NCBI GenBank assembly: GCA_002269645.1
Contig: NIVC01000185.1
Location: 27,169 to 91,168, forward strand
Length of the DNA stretch: 64,000 nt
Reading direction: 5' to 3'
Source: Macrostomum lignano
Lineage: Eukaryota
Within the stretch, counting starts at the first letter, position 1. Every line of letters starts with the position of its first letter. Both the position numbers and the translations under genes were made by a program. Below the pieces are notes generated by a model. It worked only from the letters and a program-made list of their open reading frames with translations, was not told the origin of the DNA and did not search any database. This document shows positions 1 to 12,355 of the stretch, piece after piece.

Positions 1-244
<244 letters not shown>

Positions 245-3200
245 ATAGTTTGGCTCAGGCAAATAGCTTGCTGTTTGGCCAGTATAAGCCAATGTTTAAT
301 AATAATTAAAAAATGAAGGGACTTTTTTGATGTGTAAGTATATGCATGTGTTACGATCGTTTTGTAAAAAATGTAAAAAAAATTTTTGAAAGAGTGCCAA
401 ACTTTTTTCTACGAATTATTCGAACTGTATATCCTTTTAATAAGTTTCGAAATCCGAACTATCTTTGTGTATTTGTATCTTTGATTAGTTCGAGCGACCA
501 GAGATCCCAACTTATGACTCGAAAAATATCAAAATCGTCATGCAATTGAAGTTATAACAGCCGCAGACTAATAATTAATGCGGCGATCGTATATTGATCC
601 ATAGTAGTTCAGACCGATAAGATGTGCTTGACACGAGGAGAATCGTATATTAAGCGTATATTAGTAGTGATAGCAACTCAACGCAGCAGTTATAGCTCTT
701 AGAATTCCTGGTTTTTGCTACCGTACGTTTTGCATGGTGTTTCTAATAGACTCCGGGGTGTGCGGGAGAAGTGTCTATATTCATTGAACACCGTCATATC
801 TGGAGAGAGCGTAGTATTACATTTATATTTATGTACATGCACAATCAATTTTTAAGAATGCATATATCCGCGGCTGATACTTTAATCAATTTAGTCAATC
901 TATTTTTTCTAGGATCCACGCCTAAGAGAAAACAATATGCAATAAAAATGAAATGAAGTTCTCTTTGTTGCGCTTTTTTTATGGTCTGAAATGGTAAACT
1001 TACACATGCTGTTAAAATTAAGCTAAAATTCAAATTCAGACCGGACGCCAGAATCGTAATCTAAATATACTAAATCTTCCATATACTAAAAATGATGTTT
1101 GTTTGTACCAAATCGATTATTTGCTTGCTATAGTTTTGCTGTAGCTCCGCTGTATATGCAACAAACAAGCCTTATATATTATAGATGCATTGAAGCTTTT
1201 TTAGGGTTTTTTAGTAAGGAATAGATATTTTGTAAAGGACAATAAGATATTATACTGCCTTCGCTATTTAATTTTTATTTTGTCCCCTTATTCACTCAAT
1301 ATCATTAGGGCCTGGCCTACCCATCCCAGTTAGTCTATAGGGCGATCTTCCAGTTTGTTTCACGATATTATTCGCTTGTTTATTTTAGTTTGAAATTGTG
1401 CGTCAATGTAGTGAAACATCTGAAGACGATACCTACGGCCAAAAGGGATGTGAAATAGAAGCAGACGAGTAACAGTAACAGATGGGGGGGGGGCGGAAAA
1501 CAGAGGAACTGTTTACAGAGGATAATAATGCAACACCCAATACAGCACAGCGCCAAATGCTGTGCCAGGGTATATGCGGCGCCACAGAAATTCCTCAGAC
1601 AGCCAGTGAAATCAGAATGTCTTTAACAGTGCTATTTTGCATCCCTTTTGGCCATAGAGATTATTTTCTGACGTGTCATTACGTTGCAGCACCAATTCAA
1701 ACTTGAGAATAGACTCATAGACAGAGTACTCTACTGAGTCTACTCTAGGCTTGCATGCAATGTGGTACCACTGGTATGGAGCTATTTCTACTGACACTTA
1801 GGGCCTAGTATCAGTATGTATAACAAATTGCATGTTGCTACATAGCATACAAGATTGTGCAGCTCATAAAACATAACCAAATTGAAAATTCACTAAACCA
1901 AATGAACACTTTTGTTAATGAAAACAAGTTTCTGTTTTTTTAATAAAAGTAATATTTTTTATGTTTGAGCAAATTTATATCAATGTTTATAATGTAATAA
2001 ACAAACAAATACTAGACCTAACAAGTATTTTTTTAATATATTAATCTTTTGACAAAGTTTTTTAAGTTTGTCAATCTTAACAAAACCATAGTTTGGATTG
2101 TGTATTAGTGTACACCAGGTCTAATAGGGGAAATATGGGACTATATTTGTATGGTGAGACTAAAAAATATTTTTATTATATATACTATGTTGTACACTTT
2201 TTCATTTTTTAATTCATTATTCATGCAAATAACAAACTTAAAATTATATACTTTTGAAATATGCACTGAGAAGAAATAATTAAAAAAATACTTGTAATAC
2301 TTTTAATTTTCTAAAAATAAGAAAAAACATTTTTAGGGCATAAAGTTTAAATTTGTTTTATTATTATTCATAATTGTTCCATGTTGATGACATTGTATAT
2401 AGCATATTTTATATAAAGTTGCTTCATATATACATAAGTAATCCTAATATATGCAGTTATGTCATTATAATTATGTCATTATGTCATTATAATATGCATT
2501 ATAAAATAACTACAAACTGATATTATAAAATGCTTCTTGTTTCAAATGATTATATTTACCTAATCTTTAATTTTTTTCACCAAAGGAATAGTGTGTCTAT
2601 TGCAAAAGCAATTTGTTACCAAAACAACTGGCATGCAACTGCAAAAAGGTCCTTTATTATTGCAATGCCTCTAGGCCATACATATAAAGTTGACTACTGC
2701 CTACACACCATGGACAACTTCTGTAGCAGTTAAAAGGTGTTCTGCATGGCTGGCATATCCACGAGACCATGGTATCTAGAATACCTAGAAGATAAAATAG
2801 ATTTTATTTTAAATATTTTCAATAATTTCAATATTCTTAAGCAATTAAGGCAGAGAAGAATATCTGCTTAGTATTTTTATAAAGAGGCTTATAGAAAGGA
2901 ACCAATCAGATACAATGTTTATTTTCCTTGCTAGTAGCTCATGTATTTAGGTTTATCATTTATAGTTTTTTGCATCAATCTAAATCTCCTAAAGTATACA
3001 AAAACATGTCTGAATTATTTTTGTCTTTTATTTCTAAAAAGCTTTCTTTCTAAATGCATTTTTGTAGGATATTAATTAATATATATATTGTTATTCTAAT
3101 TTGTTACTAAAGTGGCTGTTACCAAAAATGGTTATCATTTTTTACCAAAGGGACTATTATTAAATTGGACTGTTTTTGTCATTTTCTAATCTTTTTTCCT

Positions 3201-3726
3201 TTATATAGTCTCCTAAGTTTTGCTATCTTGCTGTGGCTATATCTATCAAAAATAATCTTGTTTTTTAATTATTGTTGTTTTTATGCTTTTGAACTTTGAT
3301 TAGACATTTAATAATAATATATTAGAGCATTTCAAGAAGATAAGTTTTGCAATAAGGCTTAAATTGTCAAAATGTTTAGATATTGCTTTGCATTCTTAGT
3401 AAATCGTAGTAATATCTTAGTAAAACAAAATTATATAGTTTTGAGACTGCCTAGATAGAAATTTATTGCTTAAGACACTATTATGTAGAAGTTGTATGAA
3501 ATGAATGAGCTTCATTATATGAATTATATGAATTAGACTACAAGAAAATGTAGATATGGCTACAGATATAGATATGGGAAAATTTTGCTATTAATTTCAA
3601 GTTAATTATGCATGTATTAATCTTTCATATTCGATGCCATAAAATTTTGTCATACATTTCACTGGCTGCTGGCTCCACCAAAGCGCCAAGCAAAGCAGAC
3701 AGCTCAGAACAGACTGGGCATTTCAG

Positions 3727-5997
3727 CAGCCAATGGCGGCATTTCCAAGCCTGCTTCGTCGCCTCTAGCAGCAAAGGCTGATGTGCAAAACCGGCGACCA
3801 CCATCAAGGCGACAGGCTGCGGTTCAGGCAATTGCTGCGTTGCCTGGATTGGCTAGCCAGGACCGCAGAAGGCAGTCTGCTCCGCCTGTTGCCAAGTTCT
3901 CTGCTACCAAGGATGCTGCGACCAAGGGTGCTGCTACCAAGGATGCTGCCACCAAGAGTTCTGCTACCAAAGTTGATGCCACCAAGAGTTCTGTTACCAA
4001 GGATGCTGCCACCAAGAGTTCTGCTACCAAAGATGCTGCCACCAAGAGTTCTGCCACCAAAGTTGATGCCACCAAGAGTTCTGTTACCAAGGATGCTGCC
4101 ACCAAGAGTTCTGCTACCAAAGATGCTGCCACCAAGAGTTCTGCCACCAAAGTTGATGGAGTTAAAAAGGCAGCACAGGTGTCGAACAAGGCTTCAGGTG
4201 AGTGACGTGCCATAATACACATTGGGAAGAGGTGCCTAACCTACACGGGGCGGGTAGTTGCTCAGCCTACAGTAGGGAGTGGGTAGGTGGCCAGCCTACA
4301 GTAGGGGGTGGGTAGGTGCCCAGCCTACAGTAGGGGTGGGTAGGTGCCCAGCCTACAGTAGGGGGTGGGTAGGTGCCCAGCCTACAGTAGGGGGTGGGTA
4401 GGTGCCCAGCCTACAGTAGGGGGTGGGTAGGTGCCCAGCCTACAGTAGGGGTGGGTAGGTGCCCAGCCTACAGTAGGGGTGGGTAGGTGCCCAGCCTACA
4501 GTAGGGAGTGGGTAGGTGGCCAGCCTACAGTAGGGAGTGGGTAGGTGGTCAGCCTACAGTAGGGAGTGGGTAGGTGCCCAGCCTACAGTAGGGGGTGGGT
4601 AGGTGCCCAGCCTACAGTAGGGAGTGGGTAGGTGCCCAGCCTACAGTAGGGAGTGGGTAGGTGGTCAGCCTACAGTAGGGAGTGTGTAGGTGGTCAGCCT
4701 ACAGTAGGGAGTGGGTAGGTGCCCAGCCTACAGTAGGGGGTGGGTAGGTGCCCAGCCTACAGTAGGGAGTGGGTAGGTGGCCAGCCTACATTAGGGAGTG
4801 GGTAGGTGGCCAGCCTACAGTAGGGGGTGGGTAGGTGGCCAGCCTACAGTAGGGAGTGGGTAGGTGGTCAGCCTACAGTAGGGGGTGGGTAGGTGGCCAG
4901 CCTACAGTAGGGAGTGGGTAGGTGGCCAGCCTACAGTAGGGGGTGGGTAGGTGGCCAGCCTACAGTAGGGGGTGGGTAGGTGCCCAGCCTACAGTAGGGA
5001 GTGGGTAGGTGCCCAGCCTACAGTAGGGAGTGGGTAGGTGCCCAGCCTACAGTAGGGAGTGGGTAGGTGGCCAGCCTACAGTAGGGAGTGGGTAGGTGCC
5101 CAGCCTACAGTAGGGAGTGGGTAGGTGGCCAGCCTACAGTAGGGAGTGGGTAGGTGGTCAGCCTACAGTAGGGGGTGGGTAGGTGCCCAGCCTACAGTAG
5201 GGGGTGGGTAGGTGGCCAGCCTACAGTAGGGGGTGGGTAGGTGGCCAGCCTACAGTAGGGGGTGGGTAGGTGCCCAGCCTACAGTAGGGAGTGTGTAGGT
5301 GGCCAGCCTACAGTAGGGAGTGTGTAGGTGCCCAGCCTACAGTAGGGGGTGGGTAGGTGGCCAGCCTACAGTAGGGGGTGGGTAGGTGCCCAGCCTACAG
5401 TACAGAGGGGGGTAGCGGCCCAGCCTGCAGAGCCTGACCTTCCTCCGTCTGATTTCTCAATATTCCACAGGCGCCAAGCGGCAGCCGAGGAAGCCAGAAG
5501 CGGAAAAGAAGCAGAGCAAAATGGCGCCAAAGCAGAAAAGAAGCGGCGCCGGCGGCGGCAGCAGGAAGTCGGCAGCGCCCCGAGACCCATTCGACATCAG
5601 CGGCCTGGATGTCGATGTCGACGAGGACGATAGTGTCGCGACCAGCGTTCGACCGAAGTCGAAAGGTCCCAAATCTTCAACAACGCCAGCTCCAGCGCCA
5701 GCATCGGCGCCAGCGACTAGCGCTGTCGGGCATTCCCAGCGCCAACTGCTGCTGTGCCACAGGCACGCCTATCAGTTTTTTACACCGGGGCGCCGGCGCC
5801 AACAGAGCGGCGCTGGCAGACAGTTGGTCAAGTCGGCTAAGGAGAACCAATCCGCCGCGTCTGGCGCCAGCGGTAGCGGCGCCGATTCTGACGTAGACAG
5901 CGCCGAAGAGGAGGAGACCGCGCCGGCGTCGCCGCGTTTTGACCGACAACGACAGTCGGCGTCGGCAACTGCACCCGCGACGGATGCGTGGCGTTAG
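3727..5997 (+). CDS. Low-complexity Lys/Ala/Thr/Ser-rich protein of unknown function (two visible coding exons; 5' end uncertain)
   Basis: Frame is open from 3621 to a donor TCAG|GTGAGT (exon ends 4197, phase 1). Acceptor CCACAG|G at 5470/5471 restores the frame of ORF 5521-5997 (...NKAS-G-AKRQPRKPEAEKKQSK-MAPKQKR...). The exon start at the TTTCAG acceptor (~3727) is a guess. Contains a 15-bp coding repeat (ATKDA/ATKSS) at ~3895-4155. Confidence 0.65.
4240..5405. repeat. 28-29-bp G-rich minisatellite (CAGCCTACAGTAGGGGGTGGGTAGGTGCC) filling an intron
   Basis: About 40 tandem copies with variants, lying between donor 4198 and acceptor 5470. Confidence 0.97.
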
Positions 5998-6009
5998 GGG
6001 AGGAGGACA

Positions 6010-6230
6010 TCTAATGCTTATCCAATAGGAAAGTACGTATCTGATGGGGAGAAAGTGCTTATCCAAGGCAAAAAAGTACATATCTGAGGGTAGAAAGTGC
6101 TTTTACAAGGGAAAGTACATAGCTAAGAGAAAAAAGTTCTTATCCAAAGGAAAAGTACATATCTAAGAGGAGAAAGTGCTTATCAAAGGTAAAAGTACAC
6201 ATCTAAGGGGGCAACTGCGTATCCAAGGTT
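6010..6230. repeat. Degenerate ~40-bp tandem repeat
   Basis: Recurrent AAAGTGCTTATCCAAGG...AAAGTACATATCTAAG units. Confidence 0.75.
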
Positions 6231-6614
6231 GCATTTTGCGGGTCATTTGTTCGGCTTATATTTTACCCATGGTGCTAAGAACCTTAATCCTTTGCCCAAT
6301 AAAAAAGTGTTCTTCGTTTTTTACCCTGTAATTCCAGTCTTTGTACATGCCAAAAATAATTTGTACATAAAAATTAGACTTTAAGTGTGGATATTAACAA
6401 ATTTTACTATTTTTGCTTGACTCAGTCTAATAATCAATGTAAGCTTTGTGCCATGTGTTTTAATTTCTAACAGTTTTATAAATATACGAGTGTGTACCTG
6501 TACTGTCAGGTCGGCCTGGCTAGATTACTAACAATTTTGTTAAAATAATTGATGCTCATTTTTCACTTCTGTGTTTGCCGGATATTTGTTGGGGTTCAGA
6601 CCTTCTCTAAGTAT

Positions 6615-7250
6615 GTTAGATCAGTGGCATCATGGGTTAGATCAGTGACATATCAGTGGGTTAGATCAGTGACATATCAGTGGGTTAGATCAGTGACATA
6701 TCAGTGGGTTAGATCAGTGACATATCAGTGGGTTAGATCAGTGACATATCACTTGGGTTAGATCAGTGACATATCAGTGGGTTAGATCAGTGACACCAGT
6801 GGGTTAAATCAGTGACACCAGTGGGTTAGATCAGTGACATATCAGAGGGTTAGATCAGTGACATATCAGAGGGTTAGATCAGTGACATATCAGTGGGTTA
6901 GATCAGTGACATATCAGAGGGTTAGATCAGTGACATATCAGAGGGTTAGATCAGTGACATATCAGAGGGTTAGATCAGTGACATATCAGTGGGTTAGATC
7001 AGTGACATATCAGAGGGTTAGATCAGTGGCATATCAGAGGGTTAGATCAGTGACATATCAGAGGGTTAGATCAGTGACATATCAGAGGGTTAGATCAGTG
7101 ACATATCAGTGGGTTAGATCAGTGACATATCAGAGGGTTAGATCAGTGACATATCAGAGGGTTAGATCAGTGACATATCAGTGGGTTAGATCAGTGACAT
7201 ATCAGAGGGTTAGATCAGTGACATATCAGAGGGTTAGATAAGTGACATAA
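6615..7250. repeat. 24-bp minisatellite (GGGTTAGATCAGTGACATATCAG[T/A])
   Basis: Tandem copies; gives the 8-aa repeat ORFs (W/R)VRSVTYQ. Confidence 0.97.
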
Positions 7251-7690
7251 ATGCATTAGGTCAGTGTAAACTACCCACATGTATTTATAATGAACAACTA
7301 CATGTGGTGCCTAACAGAGTTTGGATACTGGAGCATTGTGATTCGGTAACTTCGGAATTATTGTATAAAAGATCCTTGAAGTTTATTAATATTAGAAAGT
7401 CCAGTAGGAGTGTCAACTATCAAAGAAGAACATGTATATTTGTATCCACTCAGGTAATGTTAAAATTCGTTTTGCGATTTGGTCGGTGTACAAGCGTACA
7501 AAATACATGTACACTAATAAGTATCAGAATAATAATAGTAAAAGGAAAACTGATATTAACTAATTTGATTAACTGTAGGGCTTAGCGATAGTTTTCTGTT
7601 AGCAGCGTTATAACAATATCCATGTGATGAAGGTTGAAACTGGCATGTAATTTTTAGATAGAAAAGTCACCAGAGCACTCAGTAAACCTC

Positions 7691-9343
7691 CTACTCAGCG
7701 CTGTCGTCGTTGACAGCCTCTTCCACTGCCTCGGGCGACCGAGGCTCAGCCTCAATCGGAGCCGTTGAGTTCTTCCGCGGCAGCAGGAAGGGCTTCAGCC
7801 GGCGGGCCCAGCGGCCCAGACTGCGGCGCTGGCTCTCGTCGACGGTGCTGCAGCCGACGGTGGTCCGGTTCAGGCCGTCCAGCAGGTCTGCCAGACTGCG
7901 CAGACGGCGGATCAGCCGACCACGGAAGCGACGTCCGCGGCGGCGACGCCACTCGGCGGCGGAGTCCGACATTGCAGTCGACTTGCTGCCGCTACCGCGG
8001 CGGCTTCTCCAGCTGGCGCGTCGAAAGAAGCTCAGGATGCGGCGCAAGCGACTCGACCTCACTCTGCGCTTCGGGCTGGCAGTCGGCTCTCGATCTGGGG
8101 CAGGACTCCGCTTGGTTTCGAGCTCCTCCGATTCCTTCAAATACAAAAAATACTAGAAATACAAAAAGGCGCTTCGATTGTGGAAATCTTTCATTTGCAG
8201 TAGTAACGTTTGTGCATTCTATGAGAGATTGACTACTGAAGAGTAGCAAGAAAAGAATTTCAAGCGAATCTCTTATAGGACACAAGTATAGCTCACAATT
8301 CCTATTTGTACATGATTTATTTGCCCAACAATCCGTTCGCCCTCTACTCAAACACGCATACGAGCTACGTACGGGCGCGTATTCGCTCTTCTCCAGCTCA
8401 TCGGGATTGTCGACGCTTTCAAGTTCGTTGGCGATCTCTTCTGTAGCTTCAGAATCCTCAACGGGAGCAGCTGGTGAGGCGGCCGAGTTACTCGGCTTCA
8501 CTCTCCGCTGCGGGCGGGCGGTCGGCTCTCGATCTGGAGCAGGACTCCGTTTGGCTTCGAGCTCCTCCGATTCCTTCAATAGAAACACAATAAGCGCTCC
8601 GATTGTGGAAATCTTGAAATTGCAATACTAATTCGTGTGTGTGCATTCTATCGAAATCAACTACTGAAGAGTAGCATGACAAGACTCTCTCATGAAAGCG
8701 AATCTCTTATTGTACATGTGGAGGCTCACAATTCATATTTGTACATGTATATAGCGTATTAAACACGCATACTTACGGGCGCGTACTCGCTCTCCTCCAG
8801 CTCATTGGGCTTATCGACGCTGCCAAGGTCGTTGCCGATCTCCTCCGTAGCTGCAGAGTCCTCAGCGGCAGCAGGTGAGGCGTCCAATATGCGTTGAAGG
8901 AATCGCCGGGTACGGCGCGATCGACTCGAACTCTCGATTCTGCGCTGCCGGCTGGCGGTCGGCTCTAGATCTGGAGCAGGACTCCGTTTGGTTTCGAGCT
9001 CCTCCTCCGATTCCTTCAATAGAAATCCAGAAGCGTCAACTTTGTTAGTTTTACAATTAGCTCGTAGTAAGTCACGTGTGTGCATTCTATAGGAGATTGG
9101 CTACTGAAGAAGAGTAGCAAGAAAAGAATACACAACATGTATTAGCGTATTTCCCTAAAAATAATTGCTTACGGGCGCGTACTCGCTCTTCTCCAGCTCG
9201 TCGGGATTGTCAACGCTTTCAAGATCGTTGGCGATCTCCTCCGTAGCTGCAGAGCCCTCAGCGTCAGCAGGTGAGGCGGCGAATGCGGAGGCGGCCGCCG
9301 CGAGGCCCAGCAAGAGGAGCGCAGTCAGCAGCAGAGGTTTCAT
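7691..9343 (-). CDS. Secreted multi-module prepropeptide (signal peptide, acidic spacers, Arg-rich cationic segments); candidate antimicrobial/effector peptide precursor, ~350 aa
   Basis: Four phase-0 exons: 9173-9343, 8777-9013, 8373-8573, 7691-8134. Donors are CCC|GTAAG or CCC|GTACG; acceptors are TTGAAG|GAA. N-terminus MKPLLLTALLLLGLAAAASAFA is a signal peptide. The repeated module is EEIANDLESVDNPDELEKSEYAP|ESEELETKR-SPAPDREPTA-(basic segment). Confidence 0.85.
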
Positions 9344-10424
9344 GTTTGCAAGAACAGATTTTAGACCTTAGGCTTATATGGAGATACTGGATTCTGTAAT
9401 AAGCTAATACTGACGCTGTCTTTATAGACGATGGAATATCCTAGATAAGGCCTCTCAAATCCGGGCTAAGAGTTGCAATGCCATATCCGCAGCGGCGCAG
9501 CACAGGGCCGTAAGGCAGTTTTGAATAGAATGAAAACAATGCAGAATAGAGACACTTCATGGATTCTCGAGACACAGCGAGTCCGCGTCTTTGCCAGGGA
9601 GAACTAAAACGAGAGTCTGGATAGAGTTTCTTGGATGCGTGGCTTGCAAAGCTATGCATAGTCTTTTGGTTGAAGATCTCCTTGGCTTTGCTCGCTAATA
9701 AACAGGTCTATAAATACATTTGCACTGCCGTGGTTAAAGTTTAACAACAATAAGAGCGGAGAATGATAAATCCGGATTTCAACAAAATTCAAAGGCAAAA
9801 CCTTTATAAAATATAGTTAATGGTAGGTAAAGATGTGAATTATATTTTATAACATTGCACAAATATGTCCAATTTTGTTCTTTCGCGCTCGAAAATACTA
9901 CTGAAGTTAGTCTATACGAAGAATTAGTATTGCAATTCATAGGAAATAGTAAATATATAGTAGTTCTGTGTAACATTATAGAGCATTGAATTGCAGGCAG
10001 TATCGAGGATTTGACCAGAACTTTATATACGAGTATAGCAAATCTAAAACTAGAAAAACGCACAACAAAGCAGGCAAGCGTGGATTTAATAAATACTTTG
10101 AAAAGTCTCGACATCTTGAACTAGATTTAAGCCTGATAAAGCCAGTTTAAGCCAGTTGACAGGTAAATATGGCGTCTCAATCATTAGTAAACTGAAAGCT
10201 ATATAAAACGAATTTGCACATGCAGCAGAGTATTGCGGTACAGGTGGGGACATGCAGAATGTTTGATGTCAAGGGTTTTTCAGACAAGGTTCTGAGATGT
10301 AGGAGAGAGCCAGTGGCGTACTCAGGGGGGGGGGCACCCCCCCCCCAATTGCCCATACATAAAAAAGGTGACTAAGCTCGACGAATGACAGGAGCTGACC
10401 AACTTTTGCCAAGGAGACAGGGCG

Positions 10425-11035
10425 CCTATATCTAGGAGACAGGGGCGCCTATATCTAGGAGACAGGGGCGCCTATATCTAGGAGACAGGGGCGCCTATAT
10501 CTAGGAGACAGGGGCGCCTATATCTAGGAGACAGGGGCGCCTATATCTAGGAGACAAGGGCGCCTATATCTAGGAGACAGGGGCGCCTATATCTAGGAGA
10601 CAGGGGCGCCTATATCTAGGAGACAGGGGCGCCTATATCTAGGAGACAAGGGCGCCTATATCTAGGAGACAGGGGCACCTATATCTAGGAGACAGGGGCG
10701 CCTATATCTAGGAGACAAGGGCGCCTATATCTAGGAGACAGGGGCACCTATATCTAGGAGACAGGGGAACCTATATCTAGGAGACAGGGGCACCCATCTA
10801 GGAGACAGGGGCACCCATCTAGGAGACAGGGGCGCCTATATCTAGGAGACAGGGGCACCCATCTAGGAGACAGGGGCGCCTATATCTAGGAGACAGGGGC
10901 GCCTATATCTAGGAGACAGGGGCGCCTATATCTAGGAGACAGGGGCGCCTATATCTAGGAGACAGGGGCGCCTATATCTAGGAGACAGGGGCGCCTATAT
11001 CTAGGAGACAGGGGCGCCCATCTAGAAGACAGAGG
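10425..11035. repeat. 23-bp minisatellite (AGGGGCGCCTATATCTAGGAGAC)
   Basis: About 26 tandem copies. Confidence 0.97.
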
Positions 11036-11584
11036 CGCCACCATTGGAGACAGCATTTAGGCCAGATACTAAGATAGACGCTAACACAGACAGAAGTGAA
11101 AAGAAAGACGATGATACTTAAAGCACACAAAAAACTACAAACAGTTGGATCGATAATACAAAACCACGAAGAGGTCCAAGAAAATGACTTTTTATGAGGA
11201 GGGTTGCTTGATAAAATCGCTTTACATTGCCATATTATGAAGCGCTTATTAAAATAGGAGCAATAATTTTAACATTTATTAAGTAATAACAAACGCTTGC
11301 ATTTGAAATACACCAGCTGCAGTTCGATAAATTTTCACAAAACATAACTTAAAAATATAGAAACAATTTCCTAACACTATCCAATGACGAATGCAAAATG
11401 AGTAAAATGGCAAAACCTAAAAAATGACACGAAAAAAAATTGACATATTTACAGCAGAAAATAAATTTAAGTAACTGAAATATGGGGGAGTTAACTGCTT
11501 TTTGCAAGCGTTAAAAGTAATCTGAAAAAACCACACGTTTGGAAGTAAAGTTAACTGGGTAGTTACCTACGGGCTACCCAGGTA

Positions 11585-12205
11585 GCTCAGGTTTCCAGGT
11601 AGCCCAGGTTCCCAGGTTTTCCCGGTAGCCCAGGTTCCCAGGTTTTTCTGGTAGCCCAGGTTAACAGGGTTTCCCGGTAGCCCAGGTTCCCAGGGTTTCC
11701 CGGTAGCCGAGGTTCCCAGGTTTTCCCGGTAGCCCAGGTTCCCAGGTTTTCCTGGTAGCCCAGGTTCCCAGGTTTTCCTGGTAGCCCAAGTTCCCTGGGT
11801 TTCCCGGTAGCCCAGGTTTCCTGGTAGCCCAAGTTCCCTGGGTTTCCCGGTAGCCCAGGTTTCCCGGTAGCCCAGGTTTCCCGGTAGCCCAGGTTTCCCG
11901 GTAGCCCAGGTTTCCCGGTAGCCCAGGTTTCCCGGTAGCCCAGGTTTCCCGGTAGCCCAGGTTTCCCGGTAGTCCAGGTTCCCAGGTTTTCCCGGTAGCC
12001 CAGGTTAACAGGGTTTCCCGGTAGCCCAAATTCCCAGGGTTTCCCGGTAGTCGAGGTTCCCAGGTTTTCCCGGTAGCCCAGGTTAACAGGGTTTCCCGGT
12101 AGCCCAAATTCCCAGGGTTTCCCGGTAGTCCAGGTTCCCAGGTTTTCCCGGTAGCCCAGGTTAACAGGGTTTCCCGGTAGCCCAGGTTTCCAGTTTTTCC
12201 CGGTA
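11585..12205. repeat. Variable-unit minisatellite (GGTTTCCCGGTAGCCCAGG core, 16-27 bp units)
   Basis: Tandem copies just downstream of the tetraspanin stop codon. Confidence 0.95.
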
Positions 12206-12355
12206 GCATTCAGGCTTCTTAGATCCTTAGATATCCCAGATTATCCATTTGGAAAATGATAAATTCAACCACTGTTATAGTTTGTCTCAGAGCAGCCAGG
12301 CCCAGCAACAGTTGTTCCCCTAACAGACTCAGCCGAAATAGGCCAGCTGCAGCCC

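Noticed and set aside
2600-2790. Integrase-like peptide AIHIKLTTAYTPWTTSVAVKRC (cf. TTAYHPQ.NG..ER)
   Set aside because: Short, flanked by stops, no supporting DDE residues; cannot be distinguished from chance without a profile search.
6615-7250. GGGTTAG telomere-like motif in the 24-bp repeat
   Set aside because: One hexamer per unit, never in tandem; not an interstitial telomere.
9780-10130. Stop-interrupted AT-rich reading frame on the plus strand (possible TE or viral relic)
   Set aside because: No recognisable motif; cannot be assigned.
10311-10350. CAGTGGCGTA hAT-like terminus before the 23-bp array
   Set aside because: No matching inverted end found nearby.
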